DNA of 64,000 nt. It comes from Anthoceros angustus. Its lineage: Eukaryota; Plantae; Anthocerotophyta. How positions within the stretch are numbered: the first letter of the stretch is position 1; every line of letters begins with the position of its first letter. The DNA lies in assembly GCA_010909165.1 (NCBI GenBank), contig VJWM01000196.1, forward strand, positions 310,001 to 374,000. The letters run 5' to 3'. Under the pieces are notes generated by a model. The model saw only the letters and a program-made list of their open reading frames with translations, ran no database searches and was not told where the DNA came from. The position numbers were made by a program, and so were the translations under genes. Below are positions 37,524 through 51,100 of the stretch, in pieces.

Positions 37524-39559
37524 GGAATTATGTGGAGAATTTTGATTCTAAATATTTAAGAAAAACCTATCAATATCCATTAGTTTAATTATATTTGGTA
37601 AACAAAGATTCCTTTTTGCAAGATGCTTGACTTGAATTACAATAAATTCCATGTAAATGATATTCCATCCATTTGTCAAGCACTATTGCCCCTTTGAGCT
37701 CACACTAGAAAGTTCAGCTAGGTCGAGAGACAAAAAAACCAAACCAAACGAAGCTCATTCTTTTTGGATATTAAGGATACATTGTATTATGTATTAATTA
37801 TTTTTAGAATAAAAAGGATGATCGACTTATCAATTAACATTATGTACATTTTGAATGCTTATAGGAGAAAATGAAACTTTTATTTAGAATGGAAAAATAT
37901 TTTACCCGACCAAATGGATATCATTATTATTATTATTTATAAGTGGAGGGACTCTCGCGCTTCCAAACTCACCCGGTCATCTTGTCCTCTTTCAATCCTT
38001 GTGTCATGCCAGATTAGGACTCGTGAATCTACAGAGAATGAAAAATAGGTTAGCCACAAATGCTGCTAGACAGGGTTACAAGAGCTTGGGAGTATGAAAC
38101 ATGAGTGGTATGTTATCATTGCACCAAAAGAACTTCAAGTCAAGGACCCTCGAGGTGACTCATTGCTGGGATGGAGATCCCGTTCATGCTTGGTGTCTCA
38201 ATTCAATTTCAATGGATCGATACTGTGATGAGGATCCTACTCTATTTACTTATCTTGTAAAAACGGTTAAAGGTCCCTAGCATGCGATCTAGCCTTGAAG
38301 GCTAGATGGCTAGACCATCTTTTTTAGTCAATTGAGATCTATGTCTGCGAGATTTTCTTTCAGTATTCAATTGAGGACTTTGGCATAGGTACGTATGCCT
38401 GCTCTCTCAGCAAATGCCATTGGGCTCTATTTCCTAAGGGACCAAGAGCGGGCCATTTAAAAGATCAATTCTTGGATATCTCTATTTCATGCTAGTTATG
38501 GATGACTTTACCAAATTTACTAGTAAATAAATCACTAAAACATAAGTGACAAGCATTGTCTAGTTTTGAAGAATGCAAGACATATATAGAGATCAAAGAG
38601 AACTCATGGAGGATGAGAATATAGTTTCAATAAGTTTCATGTACTTTGCAAAACATCCTGCCGGCTCGGATAGACGAGTCTTATAAGTCCACAGCTTTTA
38701 ACCGACTAGCGATACCGCTGGCGAAAGAAGCATGTCGTGAAAGGGAATCACAGGGAGAGTGCAAAGCAAAACAAATGGATAGACTAAGCTACACTCTTAA
38801 CGGTATGAGCTGTAGGCCAAAGACAAGAAAGGAAGTGGAGGAGGCTTGACTGCATGTGAAGGCATAGATCACTTGAAGAAAGGGATGTTGAAGTTACTGA
38901 CTATGTGAATGTCGTTGAGGAGGAGTGGTGGGATGATTTCTGGAAGGATCAAGAGGAGATCGCAACTATTGTCGACCATAACATCGGGCTTGTTCTGAAA
39001 AACCCGTGGACGTGGTACAATAGGGCAGCAGCAGAAGCAAATGTGCCTCCCTTGCAGGTTCCGGAGGCACACATTACCACAGCGGGACATATACATGGGA
39101 GCATATTAGAGCGTTGAACGACGTGAAGAGGAAGTGGAGAGGATGAATGGTGACATGATGGAGATTAAAAAAGGTATGTTCATAGTAATTCCTTGTGAGG
39201 GCGACACTCACAACAGGGCATTATGGGTTGCCAAGGTTGTGGATATCCACCCCTCTTATCCTGCGTTATGCGAGGTGGTCATACAATGGAACCCCTTTTC
39301 TGGAAGTGCATAGATTCAAGTTTGTGGGTGGGCAAGGACGTCACGACATACATAAATAAGCCACAATTAGTACAGCCCACGTCTTCATAAGTTCTTGCTT
39401 ATCTGCACTTTGTTATGGCATGGGTCTCCATTCCCTTGAAATCATGTATTGTATCGGTGTGCAAACCATTCTTTCCCAACCGTGATCCATGGATCCTGAT
39501 TTTTACATGTATTACACCCTAATTTTGGGATATTTTCTGCTGTCTATATAGATTAAAAC

Positions 39560-41830
39560 CGATTTGATACCCACTACAAACCCCGTTTCGCCTATATTAC
39601 CCTACGAAGCCGCTTGATGTATATTCAGCTGCTTCAAATATTATGATGTTAGAGGCCAAAGCCCGAGCTCGTCACCCGAACCTGCATGAACCAGACAAAG
39701 ACCCATTCAAGACATAAAGGGGACCCGGCACAACCGGTATCAATGCTCAGCTAGTGAAAGAGTTGACCGAATTGCGTGCGTCTGTGCAGCGCTTGAAGAT
39801 GGATGCTGAGAAATCCGAGTCCTCAGAGCAACCCAGGAAGCCCAGAGAGCCTTGCAAGAAGTGCAGAGCGCATAAGCACACCATTGGCTATTGCATCAAG
39901 GGCCCCTGTAGCCACTGCGGCGGCAACGGCCACTTAGAGTGGCGCTGTGCCAAGGTACCACCTCGCGAACCACGGCTTTGGGATATGAGGAGGAGCCTTA
40001 GGTCTCACACCCAACAAATGCAACCGTGGGAAGGACCTCTTACCACAATTCCGGAAGAGAAGCCCCGAGATTCCCATTCCTCTGACGAAGTTGACGGCAG
40101 GAAGTCAAAGAATAAAAAACGAGAGGATATCGTGACACCCCCAGATGTGATTACGCAAGATGCAGCCAGAGTGCCTCGGAAAGGAAAGGCCAGAAAACGC
40201 AATCCAGAGGCCATGCGTGTCATAGCCGACTCAACAAACCATCCAGTTGGCTGGCTCAGGAAGAATGAATCTCCTGCTGTTATGGCATGGGTGAACGGCT
40301 ACGAAGTGAAGAACGTTATGGTGGATGGGGGCTCATCAACAAACCTCATTAATGTGACCTATCTGGGGTCATTGGGCTTGGCATCTGCAAAGAAACTGGC
40401 ATGCTCCAAGATCTTTCTCGATGCTTCTAACTCCCAGCTGCTACTGATTGGGGTCCTCGAAAACGTTAAGGTGGTGGCACATGGTATCAAGGTACGAATG
40501 GGTTTCACCGTTGTCGAGTTACCAGAAACTGCTTATGGCTTCATCTTTGGCCAGACACGGCTGGAGCTCATCCATGGCAGTCATCACTGGGACACCGGCA
40601 TCTTGGAAATTGGCCCTACTAACCACAGAGTCCAGATCAAGGCATTGGATCCAGAGCCGGAGGAGGACATCACAGACAAGAGTGATGAAGAAGAAAATTT
40701 TGGAGAAGAACACTCGAGTACGAAGCCATCTTCCGAGACTGAAGTCTATGAGATCAGCGAGTTGGAATGGGAAGTTGATCCCAGTAATGATTCACTTAGC
40801 AGCGATGTTGAAGCCATGCATGCTTTCTCTGTCCGTCTTGCCCATGACCAGCTGAAACCAAGTTTCAGAGTGAAACATCCTGCGATCCAAACCTTGGTCT
40901 TCCCTGGCGAAGGAGGTGAGGAGAAAGCCAAATTTGGGGCTCAAGTACAAGGTGAGGAGCTTAAGACATACAAAGGGTTGTTCTCAAAGTACCAGCATCT
41001 GTTCTTCATTGGACACGATGAAATGCCAGCCACCAACTTAAGGAAGTTTAGCATCGATGTACCTCCTAACACCATACTGAAAGTACAGAAGTTGAGGAGG
41101 TTGTCACCTCATCATATGGCTGAGGTGAAGGCCGAAGTGCAGAGGCTTCTTAATGCAGGGTGTATTGTGCCAGTACACAGAGTGGGTGTCCCCAATCGTG
41201 ATCAGCATGAAGAAGAACGGGAAGATTCGAATGTGTGTCGATTTCAGAGCGTTGAATCGGGCTACTCGGAAGGACAAGTTTCCACGCCCTGTCACTGACA
41301 AAATCCTCGACCAGGTTGCCGGGAACGAGTGTTACTCATTCTGTGATGGGTACTCAGGCTTTCACCAGGTAGCAATGGATGATCGGGAATCAGCCAAAAA
41401 CCGCTTTCGTCACACCATGGGGTGTATTTATGTACCGGGTAATGCCGTTTGGCTTATGCAGTGCCCCAGCATGCTTTCAGGGTGTGATGTAGGAGGCATT
41501 AGGAAGCCCCATCGGCAGGATCTTGCGTCTCTTCCTCGATGACTTTGCAGTATGGGGTCACGAAAAGAGCACCCCGCACATCTGGAGGGAGTGTTCACCA
41601 GGCTTTTCATAGCCAACATCGGCCTGAACCCGGTGAAATCCGTGTTTGTGGTCTCAGAGGGCGAGTTGCTCGGGATTATGGTAAACAAGTGGGGCATTCA
41701 TGCAGAGCCAGGGAAGGTCCACAAGTTTGTTCACAGGCCGATGCCTATAACTTGCAAGGAGTTTCGTTCTTTTGTGCAAGCTGCAAGTTATTACCGTAGG
41801 TTGATTCCCAACTTCACTGATGCCGCGGAA
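39560..41830 (+). mobile_element. Ty3/gypsy (Tat/Athila-like) fragment: gag-protease-RT, 3'-truncated
   Basis: ORF 39754-41298 has two CCHC knuckles (CKKCRAHKHTIGYC, CSHCGGNGHLEWRC) and a protease (VMVDGGSSTNLI). It is followed by RT WVSPIVISMKKNGKIRMCVDFRALN..YSFCDGYSGFHQV..(F)LDDF and ASYYRRLIPNF. Confidence 0.92.
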
Positions 41831-42420
41831 TGGGGATTTCTAGAAGAAACTTATACGAGGATGGCGCTACCTTCTGCAAAGCTGGGCCCATGGCAAGATA
41901 GCTTAAGAATAGCTAAGAATAGGACTCTGAGAAGCCGCCAGCAAATATTAATGAGTCCTAGGGAGATGAGCTGCTTGAGGACTATAAGAGATTCCTCAAC
42001 CTCTATAACAACAGGCCTTCCAATACAGCAGGGTATGGCCCTTAGCATCCAAACTCCATTCTCTTGCACGGTTTCTTTATGCTAACGGGCAGAGCTGAGG
42101 AACGAGAAGGAGGCCCCTTTCCCCCTTCTCGATCCTCATTACTGTTGTACCTCACCGGAGGGTGTGGCTGGAAGAAAATCGTTTTCTAACATTCTGTTGC
42201 TATGAGACTTTTGTGTTGTGCACTTGCCGTTACTGCTGACTTGTGGTTGAGCATCTGCACAGCCTTTTTTTTTTTTTCATTGTTCGTTGAATACTGTTGT
42301 AAGACAATTATCTTCGGAAGACTGCAGCCAACCCAAACCGTCATTCCCCACGTTCAACAAGCAGCTTGAAGCCTGTCAAACTGACGGACACCGAGTCCCC
42401 GTTAACTCTATTCCGTATGT

Positions 42421-42507
42421 GTGTGCGCACCAGCTAACATCAGTGTGCGCACCAGCTAACATCAGTGTGTGCACCAGCTAACATCAGTGTGTGCACCAGC
42501 TAACATC
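42421..42507. repeat. Tandem repeat, 4 x 22 bp
   Basis: GTGTG(C/T)GCACCAGCTAACATCA x4, downstream of the GET3d-like gene. Confidence 0.92.
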
Positions 42508-42766
42508 GTGGCCTGCAGAGCACCCCACCTACCTCTACTGCTACCCACGTTCTAACAGATACCCACTAACTTTCCTGGTAGACTAAGCTAGCCAGATGTA
42601 AGTGAGATTACACCCTCTAATTGGAGAGAAAAGATCAGAGGCCGAAAAATACAATAAAAGAAAAAGAAAAGCACTTTAAAGACCAATGCAATCTGGCACA
42701 TACGTTGCACTAAACATAAACAGTCCCACACATTCATTCCACCCAACGAGTGCCAACTACTAACTA

Positions 42767-44721
42767 CTAACGGCTTTTGATGGTAACAACAAGGGTTTTG
42801 TCAAGGAACTTGGCCCCGGCGACCTTGCCGCGAATATCAGGGGGAAGTAAAATGATGCGCCGCTGATCCCCTGCTTCCACCAGCAGTTCTGATCCTCCCC
42901 GCCACTGCACGGCCAGAAGGCAACATGTAAGAGCCTGTTTGAGTACAGAAAGCATGAGCATTCGCTTGGCACGAAGGGGAAGACCTGAGACAGCTTCACT
43001 TCGGACTTGTGAAAACCAGGCAGGAACAACGTCACTGTACGGGAAGATTTGTCAAACACCACAGGCTGAGGAGCCCGGTTAGACTGGGCCCCTCCATCCA
43101 GCAAACTTCTTGCTTCCTTGTTGATGCCGCCCACAGCTTTTTCCCATTCAGGAAAAGCTGTGGAGATGTTTGGGAGCTCCGAGACACCCAGAGGTGCAAA
43201 CTTCTCTTTGGCATCACTTGACAAAGCCAATGAGGAGTGCAATACGCCTGCTACATAAATCCCAGCTTGCATTGCACATCCCCAGTAGCGGAGAGCAGCT
43301 TCAACTGTGAGGGGATTTCGGGGGTCGATCACGAGAAAGCAAGTGAACTTGTTTGGATCCGAGTAAGCTTCCACTACTTTCTGCATTCATTGTTGACAAA
43401 CACATGAGTAGCCGACGGAAATGTGAGTAGGTAATAGGCAGGATTCAGGATGCACGAAGGGAAACCCACCCCTAGAAGACGATCTGCTGCATTCCAGATT
43501 TCTGCAGTCGATCTGCTGCCTGCTGTGTCCGGAAAGAAGGCTGACTCTACCAGCCGTAGCACGGAAGGCAACGCAACTCTGCCTGCATCTGTTTTCTCAG
43601 CGACACTGCGAGCCAGCCTCAAGTAGTATCTGCAAATGTCATGAATAAGATCAGAGTCACAGAAAACCTAATGCCCAAGTCTGGCAGTCGGCAGACCTGT
43701 GCATGATGACATCGGTAAGCTCTACAAAACGCTCACCTGGCCTTGTCTGCCACACCAAACATACGGAAGATGTCCTCACTGCTAGCTCCATCGTAGACAA
43801 TAATATCGTAACTGTGAGCTTCTGACTTGCCAGCTACTTTGAACAGCCCACCGGCAAATTCTGTGAGCCGTTCCAGAGCACCGAGAGCCAAATAAGGATC
43901 CATGCCTGGAATCACACTCAGCTCTTCACCAACCACCTACAGTGCACATTCCGGTCAGATCGCACCACACGCACGCTTACAACACAACGAGCAAGAATAC
44001 TACACAAACCTCATCAATAGCCCCTTGGCTGAAGTTGAGCTGGGCATCTGCTTTCTTGACTTGTGCCAGAGGCTCCAGAAGCATCTACTGACACACCACA
44101 TCCCAACATATCAACCCCCATACCCTCCTGCCCAACCAAAGACACACACTCCCAAACCACACCAAGTTCAAAACCAAACCTTGGTCGCCTCCAGCCGCAG
44201 AGCCGTGAGAGACCCACCACAGAGCTGCGTGGGGGCACTCCCTAACTTGTGCCCCAGCAGCAGGTCAGCAGTGGGATCCTGCGATTGCACGACCAAGCAA
44301 GTCCGCAACCCCGTGCTGGCGTAATGCTGCACTGCACAGTCACCATCAATTCCCACAAACCATCACCTCCGCTGCAGTCGCTAAACCTGTCCACACAAAA
44401 ATGCATCGCCACTACATCACTGAACCCATCCCAAAACCATCCACTCTCCAGCCAATCCTTGAGAACCTCGCCTCCAGAACTTACATGAGCAGCCAGCAAG
44501 GCCGCGAGCGTCTTCCCCGCACCCCCCTTCCCCACAAACGTAACAAGCTTGGTAGCCCTGGCCCCATTCCCGCCCTCCCCGCAGCGCACCACAAATGTAC
44601 GGCCTCCCACTCCCCTGCCCTCTCACGCCCCGGCCGCCCGAGACACAGCGCTGCCGCTGCCGTTGCAGCTGCAGGCCATCCTCCAGGAGGCCAGGCAGGA
44701 GAAGGAGGAGGGGGACGCCAT
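42767..44721 (-). CDS. GET3D: Plastid GET3d / ArsA-family P-loop ATPase with C-terminal HSP20-like domain (At1g26090 orthologue); 7 exons; in-frame TGA at 44625-44623 in the transit-peptide region
   Basis: [15 protein letters not shown] (deviant Walker A), [116 protein letters not shown] junctions are in frame. Confidence 0.9.
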
Positions 44722-45609
44722 TGCTGTTGCCCGCTTCACGGCTCCGGGATTAGCAGCCGGGCGACAGCAAGCCTCTAGAGGATAGGCGATTGAAATAAGG
44801 AAAAGGAAAATGGAGGAACAATTGTATACAACAAAGAGGTATAGGTAGTGTTAACTACTCCTTCTCTTTTTCTTACATACCACTGATCACTAAAAGTCCT
44901 CTTTAGACAGCTCTTCATTAGTGACTCTAGCATTAATAGTTATCTAGTTAAGGTGAGCTTACGAGATATATAAGGGCTAGAGCAAGGACAAGAAGAATTT
45001 TATTTAAGTCCACTAAGGACGGATTTCCGTCATAAGACGGTACTTAACAACTTGTACTATGGTGTGCCTAAGCTACTTGCACCAAGGGCATCCTCTCCTT
45101 TTAGGCACACCATCTAAGTACCGATCTAAGCGCAAGATGCTTAATAATGACGTTCTTATAAATGTGTGTGTCCATTTGGACAATCATCATCATTCACTTC
45201 ATGATGCGCTGCAAGCCTTATGTTGAAAGAGTTGTGGAGAGCATAGCTAGTGAGCTTGTCGTTGCATGAAGGGTAGTAGCCAATTGGGCGTAGATAGCCA
45301 GACTCAAGTATTTATTCTATGAATAAAGAGTAGCACCTCAAAGAGGTGGCGTGCGAGTCGTCAATTGACGCCGAGCTACTTGGAGCCTAGTGCGGTGTCG
45401 TGAGTTTGAGAGCTCTAAGAGTTGTGCATGAAGTGAATTGGCGAGGTCCTAGACTGCTAGAAAGCCAGCATTTGTCACTTCTTTACTGACTGTTTAGTGT
45501 AGATGAGTAGCCCGACAAGAAGTCACCACCTAAAGATACGGCAGGGCTATCTAGAGATAAATCAGAGGATTGGAAGAAGCAGAAGGTGGAAGCCCTTTAT
45601 CAAGTTCTC

Positions 45610-46700
45610 CCATAAGTCTTAAAAGATTTGAGGAATTCTAAGATCATTACCCCCAAGTTGTCTCATGTAGATTTCTTCTTGAAGACGTCCATACAAATAA
45701 GATGTCTTCACATCCATCATATGAAGATGAAAATCATGTTGAGCGGTTAAGGCAAAGACCATTCTAAGGGAGGCAAACTTAGCTACTAGAGCACATGTGG
45801 CATAGGGTAAATAATCTAAACCTGGAATTTGAGTAAACCCTTTGGCCACCAGGCGCGCTTTGTAGCGCTCAATAGAACCATGCCCCTTTCGTTTGATCCT
45901 GACTACCCACTTACTTGTCACATTCTTCCTACCCTTATGAGGTCTGATTAATTCCCATTTTGAATTTTTAACTAAGAAATTGTACTCAAAATCTTCAACT
46001 ACTTTCCACAGGTCCTTTTCGGGTGAGGTGAAAATTTGTTTCAGAGTAAGGGGCTCTTCAAGCTTAACTATGGCTTTATATACAACTTGAAGATAAGGTG
46101 ACTCAGAGGGAATGTGATCATCTAAAGCAGCACGGTATCCTAATGGAGGTTGTCTCTATCTTGCAGGCCTGAAATAGTAGATCATGTTCGCAGGTTGTAC
46201 CTTGAAGCAGGTTGTGCATCTTCTACAGCTTCCACATCTGGGGTTGATTCCTGAGTAGGTGAATCAGGTTCTTCATCATATTGAGGAAGATCAGGTTCAC
46301 CGGAAAACAACTCATCGGGGTCATCCGGTATGTCCTCAAGATGTTGAGGTTCTTATGTGTCCGACGCAGCTTTGTCTGACACAGAAGAATGGGTGCTAAC
46401 TCCTCCTCCTCCTGCAGAATAGGTTCAACCAAAGGAGCACATGAAGCAAGGACGGGGAAGCAGGGACGGGGACAGCAAATTTATGTGATGTAAACTTTCC
46501 ACCGTTGTCGGAATGTAAGGTCTTGAGTTTTTTACCTGTTAATCTCTGTGCCCAAGCCATGTAATCCTTGAAAAAATGATAAGCATTACTCTTGTGTTAG
46601 AGGATATAAGTGAGAACGAAGCGAGAGAAGTCGTTTGTGAAGGTCAAAAAGTATCTACTACCACTGTACGGATATGCATGGTAGGACATCACCCCTAGCC
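45610..46700 (-). mobile_element. Degenerate Ty1/copia fragment (integrase core plus RT N-terminus, internally deleted)
   Basis: SRYFLTFTNDFSRF..KKLKTLHSDNGG (~46690-46500), followed by SKWVVRIK..IERYKARLVAKGFTQIPGLDY..MDVKTSYLYGRLQEEIYM (ORF 45619-45921); copia INT-before-RT order. Confidence 0.9.
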
Positions 46701-48065
46701 TTCAAGAGCAATATGAGCAGATGGAAGAAGTCCTCACTCTCACTGTGCCAAGCCGTAGAAAGAAGAAGGAAGCTGATGAAGGGGAAACAAAAGGTAATCC
46801 AGCCTTGGCTGCACTTTGGGCTGATCCGTCTACACTAAGCGATGCTGACACATGGAATTTGTGGACTCATGGGGCCGTGGTGCATGGCCGTGCTGGTGTG
46901 GGTGTGGTGCTGGTGGCCCCCGGTGTAAGAGAAACCGTGAAGGAAAGCTATGTGATCCCTTTGGCTACTTACAACGAGGCATATTACAAGGCTTTCCTAC
47001 ACGGTTTAAAATTGGTGTACGACAGGGGAGTGCGCATCGTGAATGCTTTCTATGCATATGATAGTCAATTTCTTGTCAAGCAGCTGCGGGGAACATACGA
47101 GGAGCATGCAAAGAATTTGAGGGCTCTTCACTTATAAGATCTGGAATTGATGGAGAGGTTTGAAGTAGTGTTCTTAACACATGTGCCATGATAAAGGAAT
47201 GAGCTGGCTGACGATCTAGCCAAATTGGCTTTGAAGGAGGGGCAAACTGCCACCCCAGCAAATTCTCAAGTCGTGTCTCTGAGGATTGTAGCGGAAGTAT
47301 GTCGGGTTGCTGCTGTGCATCTGGATGAGTATGAAGAGGAAGCTGGGGCGGATGTATGGAGTGTGAATGTAGCCAGCGTGGTTGTTTGGAAGTGCGAGGA
47401 TCGACGCAATTGTAAGGTCTCCCCCAAGAACGCAAATTTGTTCGATATCCAGGACTGTGGTTGCGCATGACCACGAGGAGGGACTGGTGGGACGATCTTC
47501 GCAGGTTTAGTGGAAGGAGTCAAGTGTGGAGCAAAGTGGATAATGATCAAGAGCCACGACTCAGGAATGTTGTGTGAGGTCTAGAATTTTGCAGTAGGCC
47601 AAGCCAATACGATGACAGCCCAGTCTTGATACAAATTACAAGGATTGTGGCGAGGATGGATGGACTTGGGTTTCTACACATCAACGAAGCTAGGAATGTT
47701 AAGGCACACAAGATAACTTATGCAAGTCTCTGCAGGAATGCAAGGAGGAACACGGGCACAATGTTTCGAGTGATGGCTGTAAAACTTGAAAACCCTACAG
47801 CCCTGTATCAACAAATTGCAGACTATCTCAACAATGGGGAAATCTAGGAGATGCTGATCCAGGCATGAATTGGAGGTTATAATCTTGGTCCTAAGGCATA
47901 CACCATGATAGAAGGGAAGTTGTTCATAATTGTTCTCGAGAAGGTCCTGCGCTTGTGTGTATGGGGGGAACAGATATCTCATATTCTTTTTGAGATGCAT
48001 GACTCTCTGTGTGGTGGTCATGTTGATGCGACTTCGACTGGTCAAAAGATTCTAAGGGCTGGTTT
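46700..48065 (+). mobile_element. Tat-like gypsy pol fragment: archaeal-type RNase HI, a second degenerate RNase H-like segment, and the integrase zinc finger
   Basis: WNLWTHGA..GRAGVGVVL..TYNEAYYKAFLHGL..DSQFLVKQLRGTY..RNELADDLAK; then ITRIVARMDGLGFLHINEARNVKAHKI; then LFEMHDSLCGGH..TGQKILRAGF. Confidence 0.82.
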
Positions 48066-48179
48066 TTACTAGTATGGACAAGAGGCGAATGCTTGGACCC
48101 CCCAGTCGGACACATGGACAGTGATAGAAGGGACAATCTGGCATGCAGGAGGCCAGGGCCACAAACTTGCCAGAAGCCA

Positions 48180-51100
48180 TTAAAGCCAGGTTGCGCGGTA
48201 GTCACGACCCGAGGATAGGCACCTAAGAAGGCGGTGGAGTCTTTGGAGCCTTGGATGCTGGTGGAGAAGAATATCACCACCAAGCGCTACCCAGACTTCG
48301 GGCCGTGGCTAGAGGAAGCAGGCGAGCTTGTGCGGGAGTGGCACGTGGATTTGTTCCATGCCGTTTCGTCTTACGACAGCGTAACGCTGGTCCGGGCATA
48401 CGCCCGAAAGCTATTGGTGGCGGCGAACAAGGCCATCCACTCTAAGAGCTTGAAGGAGGATCCCAGGCGCTGGACAGTGGAGGCACTTCGGGTGGTATAC
48501 AATCGCCCCGTGGAGGAGATCAGAGGGGTGGTGCCAGAGCCGTTGAAGGGGAAGGAGAAGCTGGAGGCTGCTAAGGCAATGCTCTTGAGGACGGAAGCCT
48601 AGAGGTCCTCAAATGGGTGGTTGATGTCGGAACTGAAGGATCGACGAGTGAGAGCTATAGCCAAAATCATTGTCCACTGGAACATGCTCACGAAAGTAGA
48701 CCACCTAGGGGACAACCTCCTGGTGTTCCTGCATGCGCTCATGAGAGAGGAGCGGGGGATAGGGGGCGGATCATTTTCGCCCGAATAGAGCACAAGGCGA
48801 GGAAGTTGCGTTAGGAGTGACCTCCTCCGTCAGGATTTTCCCCCTTCATCATGCATGTCTGAGGGCATCATAACCTCCTTGATAAGGAGAGTGAGAAGGA
48901 ACGCGCGCTCCGCCAGGGCCTAACTCACCTGCTGATTGCAGGAAGAGAGGAGGAGGAACATGGCACCAACAACAAGCCCGTAGCGGTGCTTCCGGATTCC
49001 ATCCGACTGGAACCGACCTCCTCACTACCGAGGGAAATTTGGGAAGAAATTCCCTCTTCCCTATTGGCCGGGGCACGGAGGCGGGCAGAGCGGAGAGTCG
49101 CGCCTGAGGGCAGCTGAGACGAAGATTCCAACCCGGTCGCTAGCGATCACCGGACTCGGACGGAGGGCCGAAAGAAAAAGGCGGTGGTGGTAGCACTATA
49201 AGAATCGCAGGTGTTATACAACGCATTTTACAACGTAATTTACAACCTCACGTTGTAAAAACGGGCATTTACACGTTTATAAACTGACAGCTTAACTAGG
49301 TTGTAAAATTGCTGACGTGGCAGGCAAGATTGCCACGTCATCAAGTTGTTGACGTGGCGCCACCGATCACAAGCCGCGGGTTTGGTGGGGCACCAGATTC
49401 ACTCCCATTGAATAAAGAGTGGGCGAGAGTTGGCGGTCCGCCGGGCGGAGCGGACGGCAAGGGGCGGGCGGACACGGTACCAGCACCCCATGGTGCTTTC
49501 TCCACTAGGAGGAAAACAAGCCGCTCCTGCACCCTTCACCCCACTGGACCCCAATTGGCGAAGGGCAAAGAAGGAGTTGGCCGCCAAGATAGCTAAGGAG
49601 GTAGAGGACCGACATCGGACAGCCAAGACATGGGGCCTCTCAGGCCTGAAGCTCGACCAGCTCGAAGAATTCATAGGCCTGCCCTTGTGGGCCGAAGATT
49701 CCACCTCCGGAGGAGGCGGAGGGAGCTCAGCAGTGCAGAAGGAGCTTGCCAAGTGTTGGCGGCGGTGGCTGATGGGATGGCTTGGGGCCTCTACTGCGCC
49801 ATCGAGAAGACCCAAGAGGTGGAGGCCATGCGACGACGGATGGTGGAGCTATAAGGGCAGGTGGAAGCGGCCCAAGCCACCAGGAAGAAGGCAGAGGATT
49901 GAGGAGGAGAAGCGCCGATCGGTGAGGATTGAGGAGGAGAAGCGCCGATCGACGAGGATTGGGGAGGAGAAGTGCCGATCGGTAGAGTGGGACTCCAGGT
50001 CCGCTCTTTAGGACCGAGCTAAGCTCCTGCAACTGTGCGAACAAGTGAGGTAGGCATAGGAGGCCCAAGGTCAAGTAGAGGCCCTGAGCCAGGAATTACG
50101 CAGGGCGCAACAAGCGGTGGAGAAGGGGCGGGCGACGGAGGAGGAGGCGGAGGAGGCCGAGTCGCCCGGTGAGGGCACAGGCGAAGATTCCAACCCGTCG
50201 CCCCAGTCACCGGACTCGGACGGAGGCCGAAAGAAAAGGCGGTGGTAGCACTATAAGAATCGCAGTGTTATACAACGCATTTTACAACGTAATTTACAAC
50301 CTCACGTTGTAAGCAGGCATTTTACACGTTTATAAGGCTTAACTAGGTTGTAAAATTGCTGACGTGGCAGGCAAGATTGCCACGTCATCAAGTTGTTGAC
50401 GTGGCCGCCACCAGTACCGGTGCCGCGGGTTTGGTGGCTATAGGCACCGGTACCACTCCCATTGAATAAAGAGTGGGCAGAGGCAGAGTTGGCGGTCCGC
50501 CGGGCGGAGCGGGACGCAGCCCAAGGGGCGGGCGGACACTGGTACCAGCCGCACCCCGAGCTGGTGCTTTCTCCCACTAGGAGGGGAAAACAAGCCAGCT
50601 CCCAGACCCCTTCACCCCCACTGGACCCCAATTGGCGAAGGGCAAAGAAGGAGTTGGCCGCCAAGATAGCCAAGGAGGTAGAGGACCGACATCGGACAGC
50701 CAAGACATGGGGCCCCTGCTGGAAGCCGAAGGGCCTACGCCGAACCAGCTCCGAAGGACGGTATGGCATACCCTTGTGGGCCGAAAGATTCCACCTCCGG
50801 AGGAGTGCTTTGAGGGGAGCTCGCTAGCAGCGGCAGTTGAAGGAGCTTGCCAAGTGTTGGCGGCGGTGGCTGATGGGATGGCTTGGGGCCTCTACTGCGC
50901 CATCGAGAAGACCCAAGAGGTGGAGGCCATGCGGCGGCGGATGGTGGAGCTATAAGGGGCGGTGGGCGGCCCAAGCCACGAGGAAGAAGGAGGATTGAGG
51001 AGGAGGCCGTCGGTGAGGATTGAGGAGGAGGCGCCCGATCGGCGAGGATTGGGGAGGAGAAGTGCCGATCGGTAGAGTGGGACTCGGTCCGCTCTTTAGG

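Noticed and set aside
38600-39360. Decayed plus-strand coding fragment (EEEWWDDFW..; ALWVAKVVD..IQW), possibly transposon-derived
   Set aside because: Interrupted by many stops and no family could be recognised with confidence.
41830-42085. Continuation of ORF 41552-42085 as part of gypsy pol
   Set aside because: Similarity to RT/connection ends at ~41830 (YYRRLIPNF). The remainder has no RNase H motifs and looks like unrelated flank.
44800-45600. Possible LTR of the copia fragment
   Set aside because: No second copy, TG..CA pair, PBS or PPT could be identified.
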